Below are positions 49,774-59,802 of a stretch of DNA of 64,000 bases, piece after piece. This DNA comes from an uncultured Acidobacteriota bacterium (GTDB lineage Bacteria; Acidobacteriota; JAQAZP01). Both the position numbers and the translations under genes were made by a program. The stretch covers positions 2,688,001 through 2,752,000 of the forward strand of contig CAWIIB010000009.1 of assembly GCA_963836075.1 (NCBI GenBank). The letters are read 5' to 3'. The notes under the pieces were generated by a model that was not told where the DNA came from, did not search any database, and was given only the letters and a program-made list of their open reading frames with translations. Position 1 is the stretch's first letter. Every line of letters starts with the position of its first letter.

Positions 49774-51074
49774 GGTCCAGTCTCCGTGGCGGCCGAATCG
49801 TCCGCACTGTTCAGCGGCCGTCCCACCGCCAGAGAAAGATCGAGCCAGGTTTCCCTGAGCTGCAGCAGCGTGTCCAGACGTTCGATCCGTATCTCGGCAA
49901 AGGCCCGGTGGGCCAGGAGGAGATGCAGCACGTCGATTTTGCCGGTGGACCAGCGGGCCTGGGCCAGGCGGAATGCCTGGTCGGTGGCTTCGGCGGCCTC
50001 GCCGCTCAATTCGGCCAGCCCCTCTTCCAGGGCCTCCAGCCGGGCCAACAGGATCTCCACCCGCACCGGGAGCGCCCGGCTCTCCAGGTCGAGGGCGTCC
50101 TCCGCCCCCAGCTGCCGGGCCCGGGCGGCTTCGAGATCGGCCCGTGTCCGGCCAAAGAGCGGCAGCGGGATACCCACGGCCAGGCCCCAGGATGTGCCGA
50201 TGTCATCCCACTGCACCGCCGGCCCGAGGTGCAGGTCAGGCAGCCTGGCGCGGCCGGCCTGCTTCACTTCCTGCCCGCGTTGTTCCAGACGCAGCCTGGC
50301 GCCGGCCAGGTCCGGCCCGTTCTCCAGGGCCATGCTGAGCAGGGTTTCGCGATCCAGCTCCGGGGGGGCCCAGCTGAGGGGTGTCGTCTCGATCCACTCT
50401 TCCCCGGGGGGCAGGCCAGCCAACAGGCGGAGCATTGCGGAGATGGAGCTCTCCTCGTTGCGGCTTTCGATAAGCGCCCGGCGGTCGCGGGCGGCGTCAG
50501 CCAGCACCAGTGAGACTTCCAGCGGGTCGGCCAGGTTGGCCTCCCGGCGCTGCGCCGCCAGCCTGGCCTGTTCCGATGACCTGGCGGCCAGGGCCTCGTT
50601 CAGCTCCACCAGCGAGCGGGACCAGGCCAGCCGGGCCAGCTGACGGTCGGCCTCCACCGCCGCCTGGTGCCGCGCCGTTTCCAGGTCCAGCCGGGCCAGC
50701 TCCACGTTCAGCTGGGCGGCGTGCCGCGCCGACGCCAGGCGGCCGCTCCAGGGTATGGGGAAGCGCAACGCGCCCTCGATATCCGATCCGCCGTCACCGT
50801 CCCAGAGCACCCGCCCCTCCAGCTCCGGGTCGGGCCAGCTGCCAGCGCCGCGGCGCGCCGCCTCGGCTTCCCCCAGGGCGGCGCGGGCCGCCGCCACCGC
50901 GGGGTGCCGTTCCACGATCATGGCCCGCAGGTCGGCGGCACGGATGGCCGCTGCGCTGCCGGCGCCGGCGGTGGCCGGCCGGCAGAGGCAGAGCGCCACC
51001 GTGAGCAGCAGGAGGCCGGCCCAACGCCGGCCGTGGCGCCGGCCCGTTTCGATCTGCTGATGACGACTTGCCAC
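49770..51074 (-). CDS. TolC-family outer membrane efflux protein (CzcC-like)
   Basis: HPAVAAAR, WPDPEL, RLPDL, IPLPLF; 4-nt overlap with MFP gene. Confidence 0.85.
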   Translation of the reverse strand: MASRHQQIETGRRHGRRWAGLLLLTVALCLCRPATAGAGSAAAIRAADLRAMIVERHPAVAAARAALGEAEAARRGAGSWPDPELEGRVLWDGDGGSDIEGALRFPIPWSGRLASARHAAQLNVELARLDLETARHQAAVEADRQLARLAWSRSLVELNEALAARSSEQARLAAQRREANLADPLEVSLVLADAARDRRALIESRNEESSISAMLRLLAGLPPGEEWIETTPLSWAPPELDRETLLSMALENGPDLAGARLRLEQRGQEVKQAGRARLPDLHLGPAVQWDDIGTSWGLAVGIPLPLFGRTRADLEAARARQLGAEDALDLESRALPVRVEILLARLEALEEGLAELSGEAAEATDQAFRLAQARWSTGKIDVLHLLLAHRAFAEIRIERLDTLLQLRETWLDLSLAVGRPLNSADDSAATETGP

Positions 51075-51180
51075 GTTGCCCCCGAGAGTGTGATCGGGTA
51101 CAAGGAGACCCTGTCCGCCGATAGGCTACCTTATAGATGGAACTTGTTCAATCGGGGAAGGAAAGGGGCCGGGGGCCGCC

Positions 51181-53157
51181 TCAGCCGCCACGCGCCCGGT
51201 AGCCCTTGCGGGTGCGAATCTCATATTTTCCGCGGTTGCGGGATTTGATATCCACCTTGCGCCAGGTGCCGTCGGGCAACTCCCTGGTCGGCCGGTAGAC
51301 GAAGACATACTGGCTGCGCAGTTCGGCGGCGATTTCGTCGTAGGACTGGGTGAGCGCGCCGGCCGACTCCACCAGGAAGGCCCGTCCGCCGCTGTCGTCG
51401 GCGAGGCTGCGCAGCACCGACTCCCCGGGGTGGATGCTGTTCAACGCCGAGGAGTAGGGGCCGCTGCTCATCCCGCCCCTGGCGGTCATCCTCGCCCGCT
51501 GCATGCCACCCCCGGAAAAGCCGATGGTGTAGATCATCACATCCTTGAGCACCGCCTTCTCCATCACTTCGTCGATGGTGGCCTTGCTCCCCGAGTCAGC
51601 CCCGTCGCCGAAGAGGACGATGACCCGGCGCACCGAGTTGTCCGGTTCGCCGATGCGGTCCAGGGCGTAGACCAGGGCGTCGTACATCGCCGTGCCGCCC
51701 TCGGCTTTGGTGCGGTCCACCGCTTCGGCCAGGCGCCGCTGGTCGTTGGTGAACCCCTCCAGCAGGGTGACCTCGGAGGCGAAGGAGACCACCATGGCCT
51801 TGTCTTCCGGGCGGATGCGGGTGATGAAGCGCTTGGCCGCGGTCTGGGCCTGGGCCAGGTCGTTCTGCATCGAACCGCTGTCGTCCAGCAGCATGGCCAG
51901 CACGATGGGCCGGGTTTCCACCTCCAGGGCAAGGATCTCCTGCTCCTCCCCGTCCTCCAGCACCTTGAACTCCTCTTTCTGCGCGCCGGCCACCAGTTTG
52001 CCCAGTTTGTCGCGGATGGTGGCGTTGAGCAGCACCCGCTGCACCTCTTCCACCAGGTCGGTGACGATGGCCTCCACCCGTACCCGGGCCACCGCCCGGT
52101 GCTCGTCCAGGTCAAAGGCCCGGGCCTCCACCACGTGCGGTCCCGGACTGGCCCCGGGGTTCCAGGTGGCCTGGTATGGCTGCTGGTCCACGCTGGCCAC
52201 CTGTTTCTCGTCCACCCAGTATTCCACCCGGGCCACATCGTCCTCGGGAACACCGGACACCCGCACCTCCAGCAGGGTGGGGCCGGAGACCAGGTCGTTT
52301 TCCCGCAGCGAGGTGATCTGCACCTCCAGCGTGGAGACCTCGGCCGCGGCGGGGCCGCCCACACCGGCCGCGCCGGGCTCCACCGAGGTGTTGAACAGGG
52401 CGTTGCCGCGGTAGCCGTTGGCCGAGAGGGCGATGGCCTGGATCACGTGGTCGCCGGGCGCGGCGCCGAAATCGTGTTCGGTGCGGAATGGCGGCTCGTG
52501 GAGCGTGGCCGCTGTCTCGCCGTCCACCAGCAGGCGGACTTCGGTCACCCGGTCACCCTCCAGCACCCGTACGTCGGCCTCGATGGCCATGGTGCCGGAG
52601 AGCGTCCGTTGCCAGGGCTGGAGGATCTTCACCGACAGCGACGCCAGGTCCGCCGGGGTGAGGGGGACGTCCACATCGGCGGTGATCGGCACCCGCAGGG
52701 CGGTAGTCAGGGTGCCCTCGCCCGGCTCGCGCTCTTCGCCGTGGACGGTCTCCCTGATGCTCAGGAAGAGCCGGTAATTGCCCGGCGGCAACTTCAGCGG
52801 CAGTTCCACCGTTTCATAGCGCGTCTCCTCGGACTCCAGGTCCGAGGGGAGACGGAAGATGCGAAAGGTCTTTGCCACCTGGTCGAGGACATCTTCGCCC
52901 GCGCCCCGCACCTCGCCGCTGACCCGCACCGACCCCCTCTTGCGCCATCCCTGGTCGTCGAGGTGCAGGTCCGCCACCCGGATCTTCACTTTGACGGTCA
53001 CCGGTGTTTCGCTGAAACTGCCTTCGCCGAACTCGAAGGTCACGGAGGAGCGGATGTTTCCCTCCACCACGGTTTCCCCCTGGTCGCCGCAAACGGCGCC
53101 GGAGACCGCCAGCATGGCGAGAAAGAAGACAAGAGCGGCCGGTCCGATTCTGTTCAT
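51181..53157 (-). CDS. exported Ig-like (Big) plus VWA-domain protein
   Basis: Signal peptide; two Ig-like repeats (V.Y.VD...A....PY); MIDAS LDDSGSM, GGTAMYDA, FGDGAD, ELRSQY..Y.P, RTRKGY. Confidence 0.88.
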   Translation of the reverse strand: MNRIGPAALVFFLAMLAVSGAVCGDQGETVVEGNIRSSVTFEFGEGSFSETPVTVKVKIRVADLHLDDQGWRKRGSVRVSGEVRGAGEDVLDQVAKTFRIFRLPSDLESEETRYETVELPLKLPPGNYRLFLSIRETVHGEEREPGEGTLTTALRVPITADVDVPLTPADLASLSVKILQPWQRTLSGTMAIEADVRVLEGDRVTEVRLLVDGETAATLHEPPFRTEHDFGAAPGDHVIQAIALSANGYRGNALFNTSVEPGAAGVGGPAAAEVSTLEVQITSLRENDLVSGPTLLEVRVSGVPEDDVARVEYWVDEKQVASVDQQPYQATWNPGASPGPHVVEARAFDLDEHRAVARVRVEAIVTDLVEEVQRVLLNATIRDKLGKLVAGAQKEEFKVLEDGEEQEILALEVETRPIVLAMLLDDSGSMQNDLAQAQTAAKRFITRIRPEDKAMVVSFASEVTLLEGFTNDQRRLAEAVDRTKAEGGTAMYDALVYALDRIGEPDNSVRRVIVLFGDGADSGSKATIDEVMEKAVLKDVMIYTIGFSGGGMQRARMTARGGMSSGPYSSALNSIHPGESVLRSLADDSGGRAFLVESAGALTQSYDEIAAELRSQYVFVYRPTRELPDGTWRKVDIKSRNRGKYEIRTRKGYRARGG

Positions 53158-53272
53158 CACTGTCACCCGGTGGCTGGTATGGTTGTCCATCTCAATTCCG
53201 CATACGCTGTAAAGTATATCGTACGGGGCGGGTCGGGCGGGGCAGTGGGCAAAACGGCCGCCGCCGGCCCGG

Positions 53273-53301
53273 TTGACTATTGCCCCGCCGGTTGTTCTAA
53301 T
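53273..53301 (+). promoter_or_regulatory. putative sigma70 promoter
   Basis: TTGACT-N17-TCTAAT with TG extension. Confidence 0.45.
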
Positions 53302-53340
53302 GCGGGCAACGACTGTATCTTCCGACCGGAGGCCCGTGCC

Positions 53341-55167
53341 ATGAAGGCAATATTCGTTGGCGGCGGCGCCGGCTGCCGGGACGTTCTCGAACTGTTCATC
53401 CAGGGACAGCTGGCCATTCTCGACCTGGAAATTCTCGCCGTGGTCGACACCGACCCCGATGCGCCGGGCATGATTTTTGCCCGCCAGCGGGGCTGGCCCA
53501 CCATGACCGACCTGGAACAGGCGCTGCTTCTCGACGGCCTGGAACTGATCATCGAACTCACCGGCTCCGAAGACGCGCTGGACAAGATCTTCTTCAACAT
53601 GCCCCCCGGCGTTCGGGTGATGGACCACGTGATGGCCCGGGTCTTCTGGGACCTGGAAAAGCTGACCCAGACCATCCGGCAGCAGCTGGGTGAAAAGACC
53701 GTCCTGGAAGCGCGCATCGACAAGGACCGGGCCGAGCTGCAGGAAATCCTCGACAACCTTCCCGATTCGGTGATGGTCATCGACAAGGACCGCCGCATCC
53801 TGCGGGTCAACCAGCGGTTCGAGGAGGTCTCCGGAAAACGGCGCGAGAACGTGGAGGGCCTGGCCTGCAGGGAAGCCTGCATCTTTGCCGGTTGCGGGAA
53901 CACCTGCGACGGGTTTCCCGGTCCCTTCCAGACCGTGCTGCACACCACCAAGCCGGTCAGGCGCGAGGGGCCGGACGGCCCGGTGTTCGAGGAAGAGGAC
54001 AAGTACTACCAGATGACGGTAAAGCCGATCCTCGACGAGGATGGCGAGGTCTCCCGCGTGGTGCGCACCTCCCGCGAGGTCACCCAGCAGGTGAGGCTCA
54101 AGCAGGAGACCGAGGAGTGGGCCCGGCACTTTCACCAGCTGGTCCAGGCGGTGCACGGCATCATCACCATCAAGGACCTCGACGGCCGCTACACCCTGGT
54201 CAATCCCCGGGTGCTGGAGATCTCGGGCCTCAAGGAGAACGAGCTGCTGGGCTGCACCGCCCGGGAACTGTTCGAGCCGGAGGCGGCGGAAGTGATCGAG
54301 GGTAACGACCGGCGGGCCCTGGAGGGCGGCGGATATTACGCCACCGAGGAGCGGGTGATGGTGGGGGGCAAGGAACGGATCTTCTTCTCCGAACGATTCC
54401 CGCTCACCGACTACCGGGGAAACGTGGTGGCCATCTGCTGCCTCTCCCGCGACGACACCGTGGCCCGCCAGCTGCAGCAGGACCTGGTGCAGACCGAGCG
54501 TCTGGCCGCGGTGGGCAAACTGGCCGCCGGAGTGGCCCACGAGCTGAACAATCCGCTCACCGGCATCCTCACCTTTGCCGAGGACCTGATGCTGGAAGCC
54601 GACCCGGCCGACCTGAAGCGCAAGGACTACGAGGTGATCGTCAACGAGACCATGCGCTGCCGCCACATCGTCCGCGACCTGCTCGACTTCTCGCGGCAGA
54701 AGGTTTCGGAGCGGCTGCGCACCGACATCAACACCGTGATCCGGAACACGCTGACCATTATCGAGCGCCAGGCGTCGTTCCACAACATCGAGTTCCGCCT
54801 GGAACTGGCTGAGGGGATGCCCCAACTGCTGGTGGACCCGCGGCAGATGCAGCAGGCGATCCTCAACCTGGTGATCAACGCCTGTGATGCCATGGACGCC
54901 GCGGGGGAGATCGCCATCCGCAGCCAGCTGGAGGACGAGGGTCACCAGGTGTCGGTGGCGGTGTCGGACCATGGCTGCGGCATTCCCGAGGAGCTGATGG
55001 GCGACCTGTTCCAGCCCTTCTTCAGCACCAAGGGCGACCAGGGCAATGGCCTGGGGCTGGCCACTGTTCTCGGCGTGATGCAGCGGCACAACGGCCGGGT
55101 TGACGTGGAGAGCACCGTCGGCCGGGGGAGCACCTTCACCCTCACCCTTCCGGTAACTGACGCGTGA
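53341..55167 (+). CDS. histidine kinase with N-terminal Rossmann-like domain and two PAS domains
   Basis: AIFVGGGAGC N-domain; PAS with CREAC..C..C; ERLAAVGKLAAGVAHELNNPL, NACDAM, GNGLGL. Confidence 0.9.
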   Translation: MKAIFVGGGAGCRDVLELFIQGQLAILDLEILAVVDTDPDAPGMIFARQRGWPTMTDLEQALLLDGLELIIELTGSEDALDKIFFNMPPGVRVMDHVMARVFWDLEKLTQTIRQQLGEKTVLEARIDKDRAELQEILDNLPDSVMVIDKDRRILRVNQRFEEVSGKRRENVEGLACREACIFAGCGNTCDGFPGPFQTVLHTTKPVRREGPDGPVFEEEDKYYQMTVKPILDEDGEVSRVVRTSREVTQQVRLKQETEEWARHFHQLVQAVHGIITIKDLDGRYTLVNPRVLEISGLKENELLGCTARELFEPEAAEVIEGNDRRALEGGGYYATEERVMVGGKERIFFSERFPLTDYRGNVVAICCLSRDDTVARQLQQDLVQTERLAAVGKLAAGVAHELNNPLTGILTFAEDLMLEADPADLKRKDYEVIVNETMRCRHIVRDLLDFSRQKVSERLRTDINTVIRNTLTIIERQASFHNIEFRLELAEGMPQLLVDPRQMQQAILNLVINACDAMDAAGEIAIRSQLEDEGHQVSVAVSDHGCGIPEELMGDLFQPFFSTKGDQGNGLGLATVLGVMQRHNGRVDVESTVGRGSTFTLTLPVTDA

Positions 55168-55188
55168 CGGGTGGAGAAAGGACAAGCG

Positions 55189-56052
55189 ATGAAGAACATG
55201 GAGAACAACAGTCTGGGCGGCACGGCCAACGGAATTTCACCGGCGAGAATCCTGGTCATCGATGACGAGGACGTGGTGCACGTGAGCCTGCACCGGATTC
55301 TGGGCCGTTGCGGCCACCACGTGGATGCGGAACTGAGCGCCGCCGCCGGCCTGGAGCGTCTGGCCGCCGGCCCGCCCTACGACCTGGTGATCACCGATCT
55401 GATGATGCCGGAGATGAACGGGATCGAACTGCTCAAGGAGATGAGAGAGCGGGCACTGGCGGTGCCGGTGCTGATGATCACCGGCTATCCCACCATCAGC
55501 ACCGCTCTGGAGGCGCTGCGTCTCGACGCGGTGGACTACATCGCCAAACCGTTCACCCGCCAGGAACTGCTGGGGCCGGTGAACCGGGCCCTGCGGCGGG
55601 GCGTCGGGGTGCCGGCTGAGGAACAGCCGGTGGTGGATCCCGGCCCGGATTCGGAGGGCTTTGAACGCTCCTGTCCGGGGATGGCCACCGGGGTGCGGAT
55701 GTGCCTCCGGCGGCACTCCTGGGCGCTGTGCTGCCAGGACGGCACGGTGAAGGTGGGCATCCAGCCCTCCTTCTTCGAGGGCATCGGCCAGATCAGCACG
55801 ATGAAGCTTCCCGAGGAGTCGGACCTGGTGGAGCAGGGGTATGCCGGCATCCACCTGTGTACCGTTCTGGGGGAAGAGCACGCCGTGTTCATGCCGCTCA
55901 GCGGGCGGGTGGTGGCGGTGAACGAGGACGCCGCGGGCCGTCCGGGGGAACTGAACGCCGACACCTGGCTGGTCCTCATCCTGCCCGACCGTCTGGACAG
56001 CGAGCTTCAACGGCTCAGCCGCTGCCGGCAGCGGCCCCCTGAGCGCAGCTGA
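55189..56052 (+). CDS. response regulator receiver fused to a glycine-cleavage-H-like domain
   Basis: ILVIDDE, ITDLMMP, ITGY, AKPF; HSWA...DGTVKVGI, LPEE...V.QG, MPLSGRVVAVNE, WL. Confidence 0.85.
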   Translation: MKNMENNSLGGTANGISPARILVIDDEDVVHVSLHRILGRCGHHVDAELSAAAGLERLAAGPPYDLVITDLMMPEMNGIELLKEMRERALAVPVLMITGYPTISTALEALRLDAVDYIAKPFTRQELLGPVNRALRRGVGVPAEEQPVVDPGPDSEGFERSCPGMATGVRMCLRRHSWALCCQDGTVKVGIQPSFFEGIGQISTMKLPEESDLVEQGYAGIHLCTVLGEEHAVFMPLSGRVVAVNEDAAGRPGELNADTWLVLILPDRLDSELQRLSRCRQRPPERS

Positions 56053-56071
56053 CCCGTTCCCAACGGGCCGT

Positions 56072-57043
56072 CTACCTCTCCGCCGACAGCCGCGGAATCT
56101 CCCGGCCCAGATCCTCCCGGATCTCGGTCAGGGTATGGTAGTAGTTGGTGGTGTGGGCCGAAAAACGCATCAGCATCTCGTTCAGCGAATGGGGGATGTA
56201 GGGGAAGATGGTGCGCAGGTTGGCCAGGCGGTAGGTGAAGAAGAGCATGGCGTCCTCGGGGGCCGGGGGCCGGCTGCGGTCCCGCTGCTCTTCCGGAGAA
56301 TTTTTCTGCGGCCGCAGGGTCCTGATCCCCTTGCCCACGGCGTAGGTCAGCAGGTTGCCCACGCTCCACAGGTCGTAGTCGAGAAAGTTCACCTCATAGT
56401 CGAAGTCGATCCAGCGATACTCGCCGCTGTCGATCTCCACGATAACGTGGTCATTGCGCACGTCGCCGTGGTGTTCGTTGTTCTCGTGGAGCAGTTCGAG
56501 GGCCTCGATGACACCGTCCAGACGGGTGAGGATCGAGGGCAGGGAGTTGCGGAAATATTCCTCATGGGTTTGATCGATGGCCGAGATGTGGCTGAAGAGG
56601 GATTTCCCGCGGATGATATCGAGAATGCGGATGTTATTGCCCACCCTGTCCCGGACGGTTCGCCCCTGCATGAAACGCATGTCGCCGTCCACCAGATCGA
56701 GGATCCGGCTTTCCTTGTCCGGGTTCCGTGTGCAGCGGGCGGTGAACGGGCCCAGTTTGGCCACGAACTGCTCGTGGAAGACGAGCTTGATGATCTTCCG
56801 CGACCCGTCACCCAGGTCCACGGCGTACTTGACCCAGTGTTTTGGCTGTTCGTCGATGCCGAAGCGCCCCTCCCGGGCTTCGGTGAGCACGTAGTAGTCG
56901 CAGCCCTCCACGCGGAGCACCGTGCCGGTGCTGATCCGGAAGTAGTCGGTGGTGTCTTCGCTGACCGTGATCTCACGGGGCGCGCGGCGGCCCAGCAGTG
57001 ACTCGATCCGTTCCCTGAGCAGTTTCTCGTCTTCGAAGATCAT
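56072..57043 (-). CDS. protein kinase-like family protein
   Basis: EGRFG..QPKHWVK, KIIKLVF, HGDVRNDH, WIDFD. Confidence 0.75.
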   Translation of the reverse strand: MIFEDEKLLRERIESLLGRRAPREITVSEDTTDYFRISTGTVLRVEGCDYYVLTEAREGRFGIDEQPKHWVKYAVDLGDGSRKIIKLVFHEQFVAKLGPFTARCTRNPDKESRILDLVDGDMRFMQGRTVRDRVGNNIRILDIIRGKSLFSHISAIDQTHEEYFRNSLPSILTRLDGVIEALELLHENNEHHGDVRNDHVIVEIDSGEYRWIDFDYEVNFLDYDLWSVGNLLTYAVGKGIRTLRPQKNSPEEQRDRSRPPAPEDAMLFFTYRLANLRTIFPYIPHSLNEMLMRFSAHTTNYYHTLTEIREDLGREIPRLSAER

Positions 57044-57223
57044 TCCGCGCTCCGCCCGGCATGGATGGTGATGGAGCCGCTATCATAATACGGATCGGCC
57101 GGCTGGTCACCACGCCGGCCGGTTGATCCACCGCCGCCGGCGTGGGGTATAATCATCTTTCATTTACGATACCGGCTGCCGGCGCCCGAGGGGTGCGGTT
57201 GTCCCGCGCGAGGTCAGAATCGG

Positions 57224-58141
57224 ATGCTTTCCAGGAAGCAGCCGCCGGTGGAGTCGTTGCCGCTCCGCCTGGCGCTCAATTTCTTCCAGTCCATTTCGCT
57301 GGAGGCCGGTCTGGCCATCGGACGCGCTCTGGGCACGCTGGTCTACTACCTGCTGCCCGACCGGCGGCGTATCGGCCAGATCAACCTCAAGCTGGCCTTT
57401 GGTGACCAGCTGGATCCCGCCGGGCGCCGGCTCATCCTGCGGCGCATGTGGCAGAACTACGGCTGCAGCCTGGTGGAGTTCTTCCGCTTCCCCCTCTACC
57501 GCCAGGAGAACCTCGACCGCTACGTGGAGTGGCAGGGTTTCGAGCACCTGGAGCGGTCGGTGGCCGCCGGCCGGGGCACCCTGGTGCTGACGGCCCACCT
57601 GGGAAACTGGGACCTGCTGGCCCTGGCCACCGGGATCCGGGTCAAGCCGGTGGGGCTGGTGGCCAAAACCCTGAGCAGCCGTTTCTGGAACCACTTCCTG
57701 GTGGGCCAGCGGATGGAGACCTTTGTCCACTCCTTCCTCAAGCGGAACTCGCTGCGCGAGATCATCCGCAGCCTGCGCACCAACGGCATCGTGGGCATGG
57801 TGCTGGACCAGGACGCCCAGGATTCCGACGGCCGGGTCTTTGTCGACTTCTTCGGTCACAAGGCCTCCACCATCTCCAGTGTGGCCGTGCTCTCCCAGCG
57901 TCTGGAACTGCCCATCCTGCCCATGTTCGACATCCGCGGGCGGCGGGGCAAGCACCGGATCATGGTGCTGCCGCCCATGGAGTTCGAGAAACGGGAGACG
58001 CTGGAGCAGGGAATCCTGCACAACACCCGGCGCTACCAGGAAGTGCTGGAGCAGGTCATCCGGCAGCACCCCGAGCAGTGGAACTGGATCCATCGCCGCT
58101 GGAAGCGCCGCCCGCCGGGCGAAGCCGCGATCTATGATTGA
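57224..58141 (+). CDS. lipid A lauroyl/acyltransferase (LpxL/HtrB family)
   Basis: NLKLAF, TAHLGNWD, LDQD, FVDFFG, PEQWNWIHRRWK. Confidence 0.9.
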   Translation: MLSRKQPPVESLPLRLALNFFQSISLEAGLAIGRALGTLVYYLLPDRRRIGQINLKLAFGDQLDPAGRRLILRRMWQNYGCSLVEFFRFPLYRQENLDRYVEWQGFEHLERSVAAGRGTLVLTAHLGNWDLLALATGIRVKPVGLVAKTLSSRFWNHFLVGQRMETFVHSFLKRNSLREIIRSLRTNGIVGMVLDQDAQDSDGRVFVDFFGHKASTISSVAVLSQRLELPILPMFDIRGRRGKHRIMVLPPMEFEKRETLEQGILHNTRRYQEVLEQVIRQHPEQWNWIHRRWKRRPPGEAAIYD

Positions 58142-58147
58142 AGCTGA

Positions 58148-58486
58148 CTATTCCTCGTGGGGGTGACGGGGCCGGGAGGAGACCAGCCGGAAGGGCAGAC
58201 GCAGCCGGAGCCGCCGGTTGCTGTCCGCAGGCGGGGTCTGCCGTTCCCGGGCCGGGGAGACCCGGATGCTGTGCTCACCCACCATGGTGCCGTCGAGGGC
58301 GGCCATGGCACCGTGGGCCTGGCCGTCGGTGGCCATCTCCACGAAGCCGAAGCGCCGGGATTCGCCGGTCTGCCGGTCAAAGATAACGGTGGCCTTGCGC
58401 ACCTCGCCGTGGGGAGCAAAAAGAGCCTCCAGCCCGGGATCGGTCATCGTCCGGTCCAGGTTTCCCACGAAGAGTTTTCTGACCAT
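58148..58486 (-). CDS. RRM RNA-binding protein
   Basis: RNP2 KLFVGNL, DRQTGESRRFGFVEM (RNP1). Confidence 0.9.
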   Translation of the reverse strand: MVRKLFVGNLDRTMTDPGLEALFAPHGEVRKATVIFDRQTGESRRFGFVEMATDGQAHGAMAALDGTMVGEHSIRVSPARERQTPPADSNRRLRLRLPFRLVSSRPRHPHEE

Positions 58487-58580
58487 GCTGTATTCTCCCA
58501 ACGGCAACCGGCAAAGGCTTTACGATAAATATACCGCAGCAATTTCCCCCCCGCAATAAAACCTGTCTCCCGGTCTCCGG

Positions 58581-58610
58581 TTGACGCCCGGACGATGATT
58601 TTCCTAGAAT
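58581..58610 (+). promoter_or_regulatory. putative sigma70 promoter
   Basis: TTGACG-N18-TAGAAT. Confidence 0.5.
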
Positions 58611-58689
58611 CCCCGTAACATCTAATCATATACCGTAGCCCGGCCGGCCGGTTCCACCGCCCCGCCGGGACGCGGCAGGAGCAGGATCC

Positions 58690-59718
58690 ATGAAGAATCG
58701 CATCCCGGTCCGCCGTTTGACCCTGGCCCTGGCCGCCCTTTTCCTCTTCGCCCCGGGACCGGACGCCTTTGCTCAATCCGGTGGAGTTTCGGGCGTCAAC
58801 AAGGTTACGGGAGTGGTCAGGGGTGACGGTGATCCCCTGAAAGGGGCCCAGATCACCATCCTCGATTCTAACAGGAACAAGATGTCCACCTTCAGCGCTG
58901 AAACCGACGCTCAGGGGCGCTACACCATTCGCGGCCTGCCCTGCGGGACCTACCTGCTCCAGGTGGAAGCCCCGGGGTTCGAGGCCCTGGAAGTCACCTT
59001 CTCCTGTTTCGACGAGTTCGCGGGAGGCCGGGGTGACAGGGGTGCATTGGCCGGCGGGGTGGAGAAGAACATCAACCTGCTGCCCGAGGGGAGCACCATC
59101 ATCCCCCGGGAGGACCTGGAGCCGTTTCCCGACAAGGCCGCCCGGGCCTACACCAAGGCGCTGAAAAAGATGGACAAGGGCGAGATGGACGGCGCGGAAA
59201 AGACCCTCACCGAGGTGCTGGAGATGGATCCCGGGTTCTACTACGCCAGGGCCAAGCTGGGGGAGATCCACAAAAAAGCGGGGCGCATCGAGGAAGCGAA
59301 GAAAGAGCTGTCCACCGCCGTGGAGCAGAATCCCAACGAGGTGATGGGCCGGGTCTACCTGGCCGCGATCCACATCCAGGCCGGCGAGCTGGGCCCGGCC
59401 GCGGAACTGCTCGAGCAGGCGGTGGCGGTGGCCCCCGGGTACGCCGATGCCTGGTTCAACCTCGGTCTCTGCTGCTCCCAGCTGGAAGGAAAGGCCGAGC
59501 GGGGGGAGGAGGCGCTGCTCAAGGCGCTGGAACTGGACTCCGCCGAGCTGGCCGATGCCCGCCTGCTGCTGGCCAACGTCTACCTGGGCCAGGAGCGCCT
59601 GCGGGACGCGCTGAACCAGATGGAAGCCTGGCTCGAGCTGGGGATCGAATCGCCCATGACCCCCCGGGTCAAACAGACCGTCAAGGCCCTGCGCGAGGAC
59701 CTGGAGCCGGTTGATTGA
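58690..59718 (+). CDS. exported carboxypeptidase-regulatory-like domain plus TPR protein
   Basis: Signal peptide; GDPLKGA.I, TDAQGRY..GL..GTYLL.VEAPGF; TPR repeats. Confidence 0.85.
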   Translation: MKNRIPVRRLTLALAALFLFAPGPDAFAQSGGVSGVNKVTGVVRGDGDPLKGAQITILDSNRNKMSTFSAETDAQGRYTIRGLPCGTYLLQVEAPGFEALEVTFSCFDEFAGGRGDRGALAGGVEKNINLLPEGSTIIPREDLEPFPDKAARAYTKALKKMDKGEMDGAEKTLTEVLEMDPGFYYARAKLGEIHKKAGRIEEAKKELSTAVEQNPNEVMGRVYLAAIHIQAGELGPAAELLEQAVAVAPGYADAWFNLGLCCSQLEGKAERGEEALLKALELDSAELADARLLLANVYLGQERLRDALNQMEAWLELGIESPMTPRVKQTVKALREDLEPVD

Positions 59719-59802
59719 CCCTCCGGGGTATACTGATGGTTTCGACACTGATACGGCCTGCGCACGTGCGGAGAAAAGGCCCAAAATCAAGGAGTTTTAC
59801 AG

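Noticed and set aside
51181-55185. Two giant overlapping ORFs of 1334 aa (-) and 1245 aa (+)
   Set aside because: Each is a real gene (VWA protein; histidine kinase) extended upstream through the antisense of the other; true starts are near 53157 and 53341
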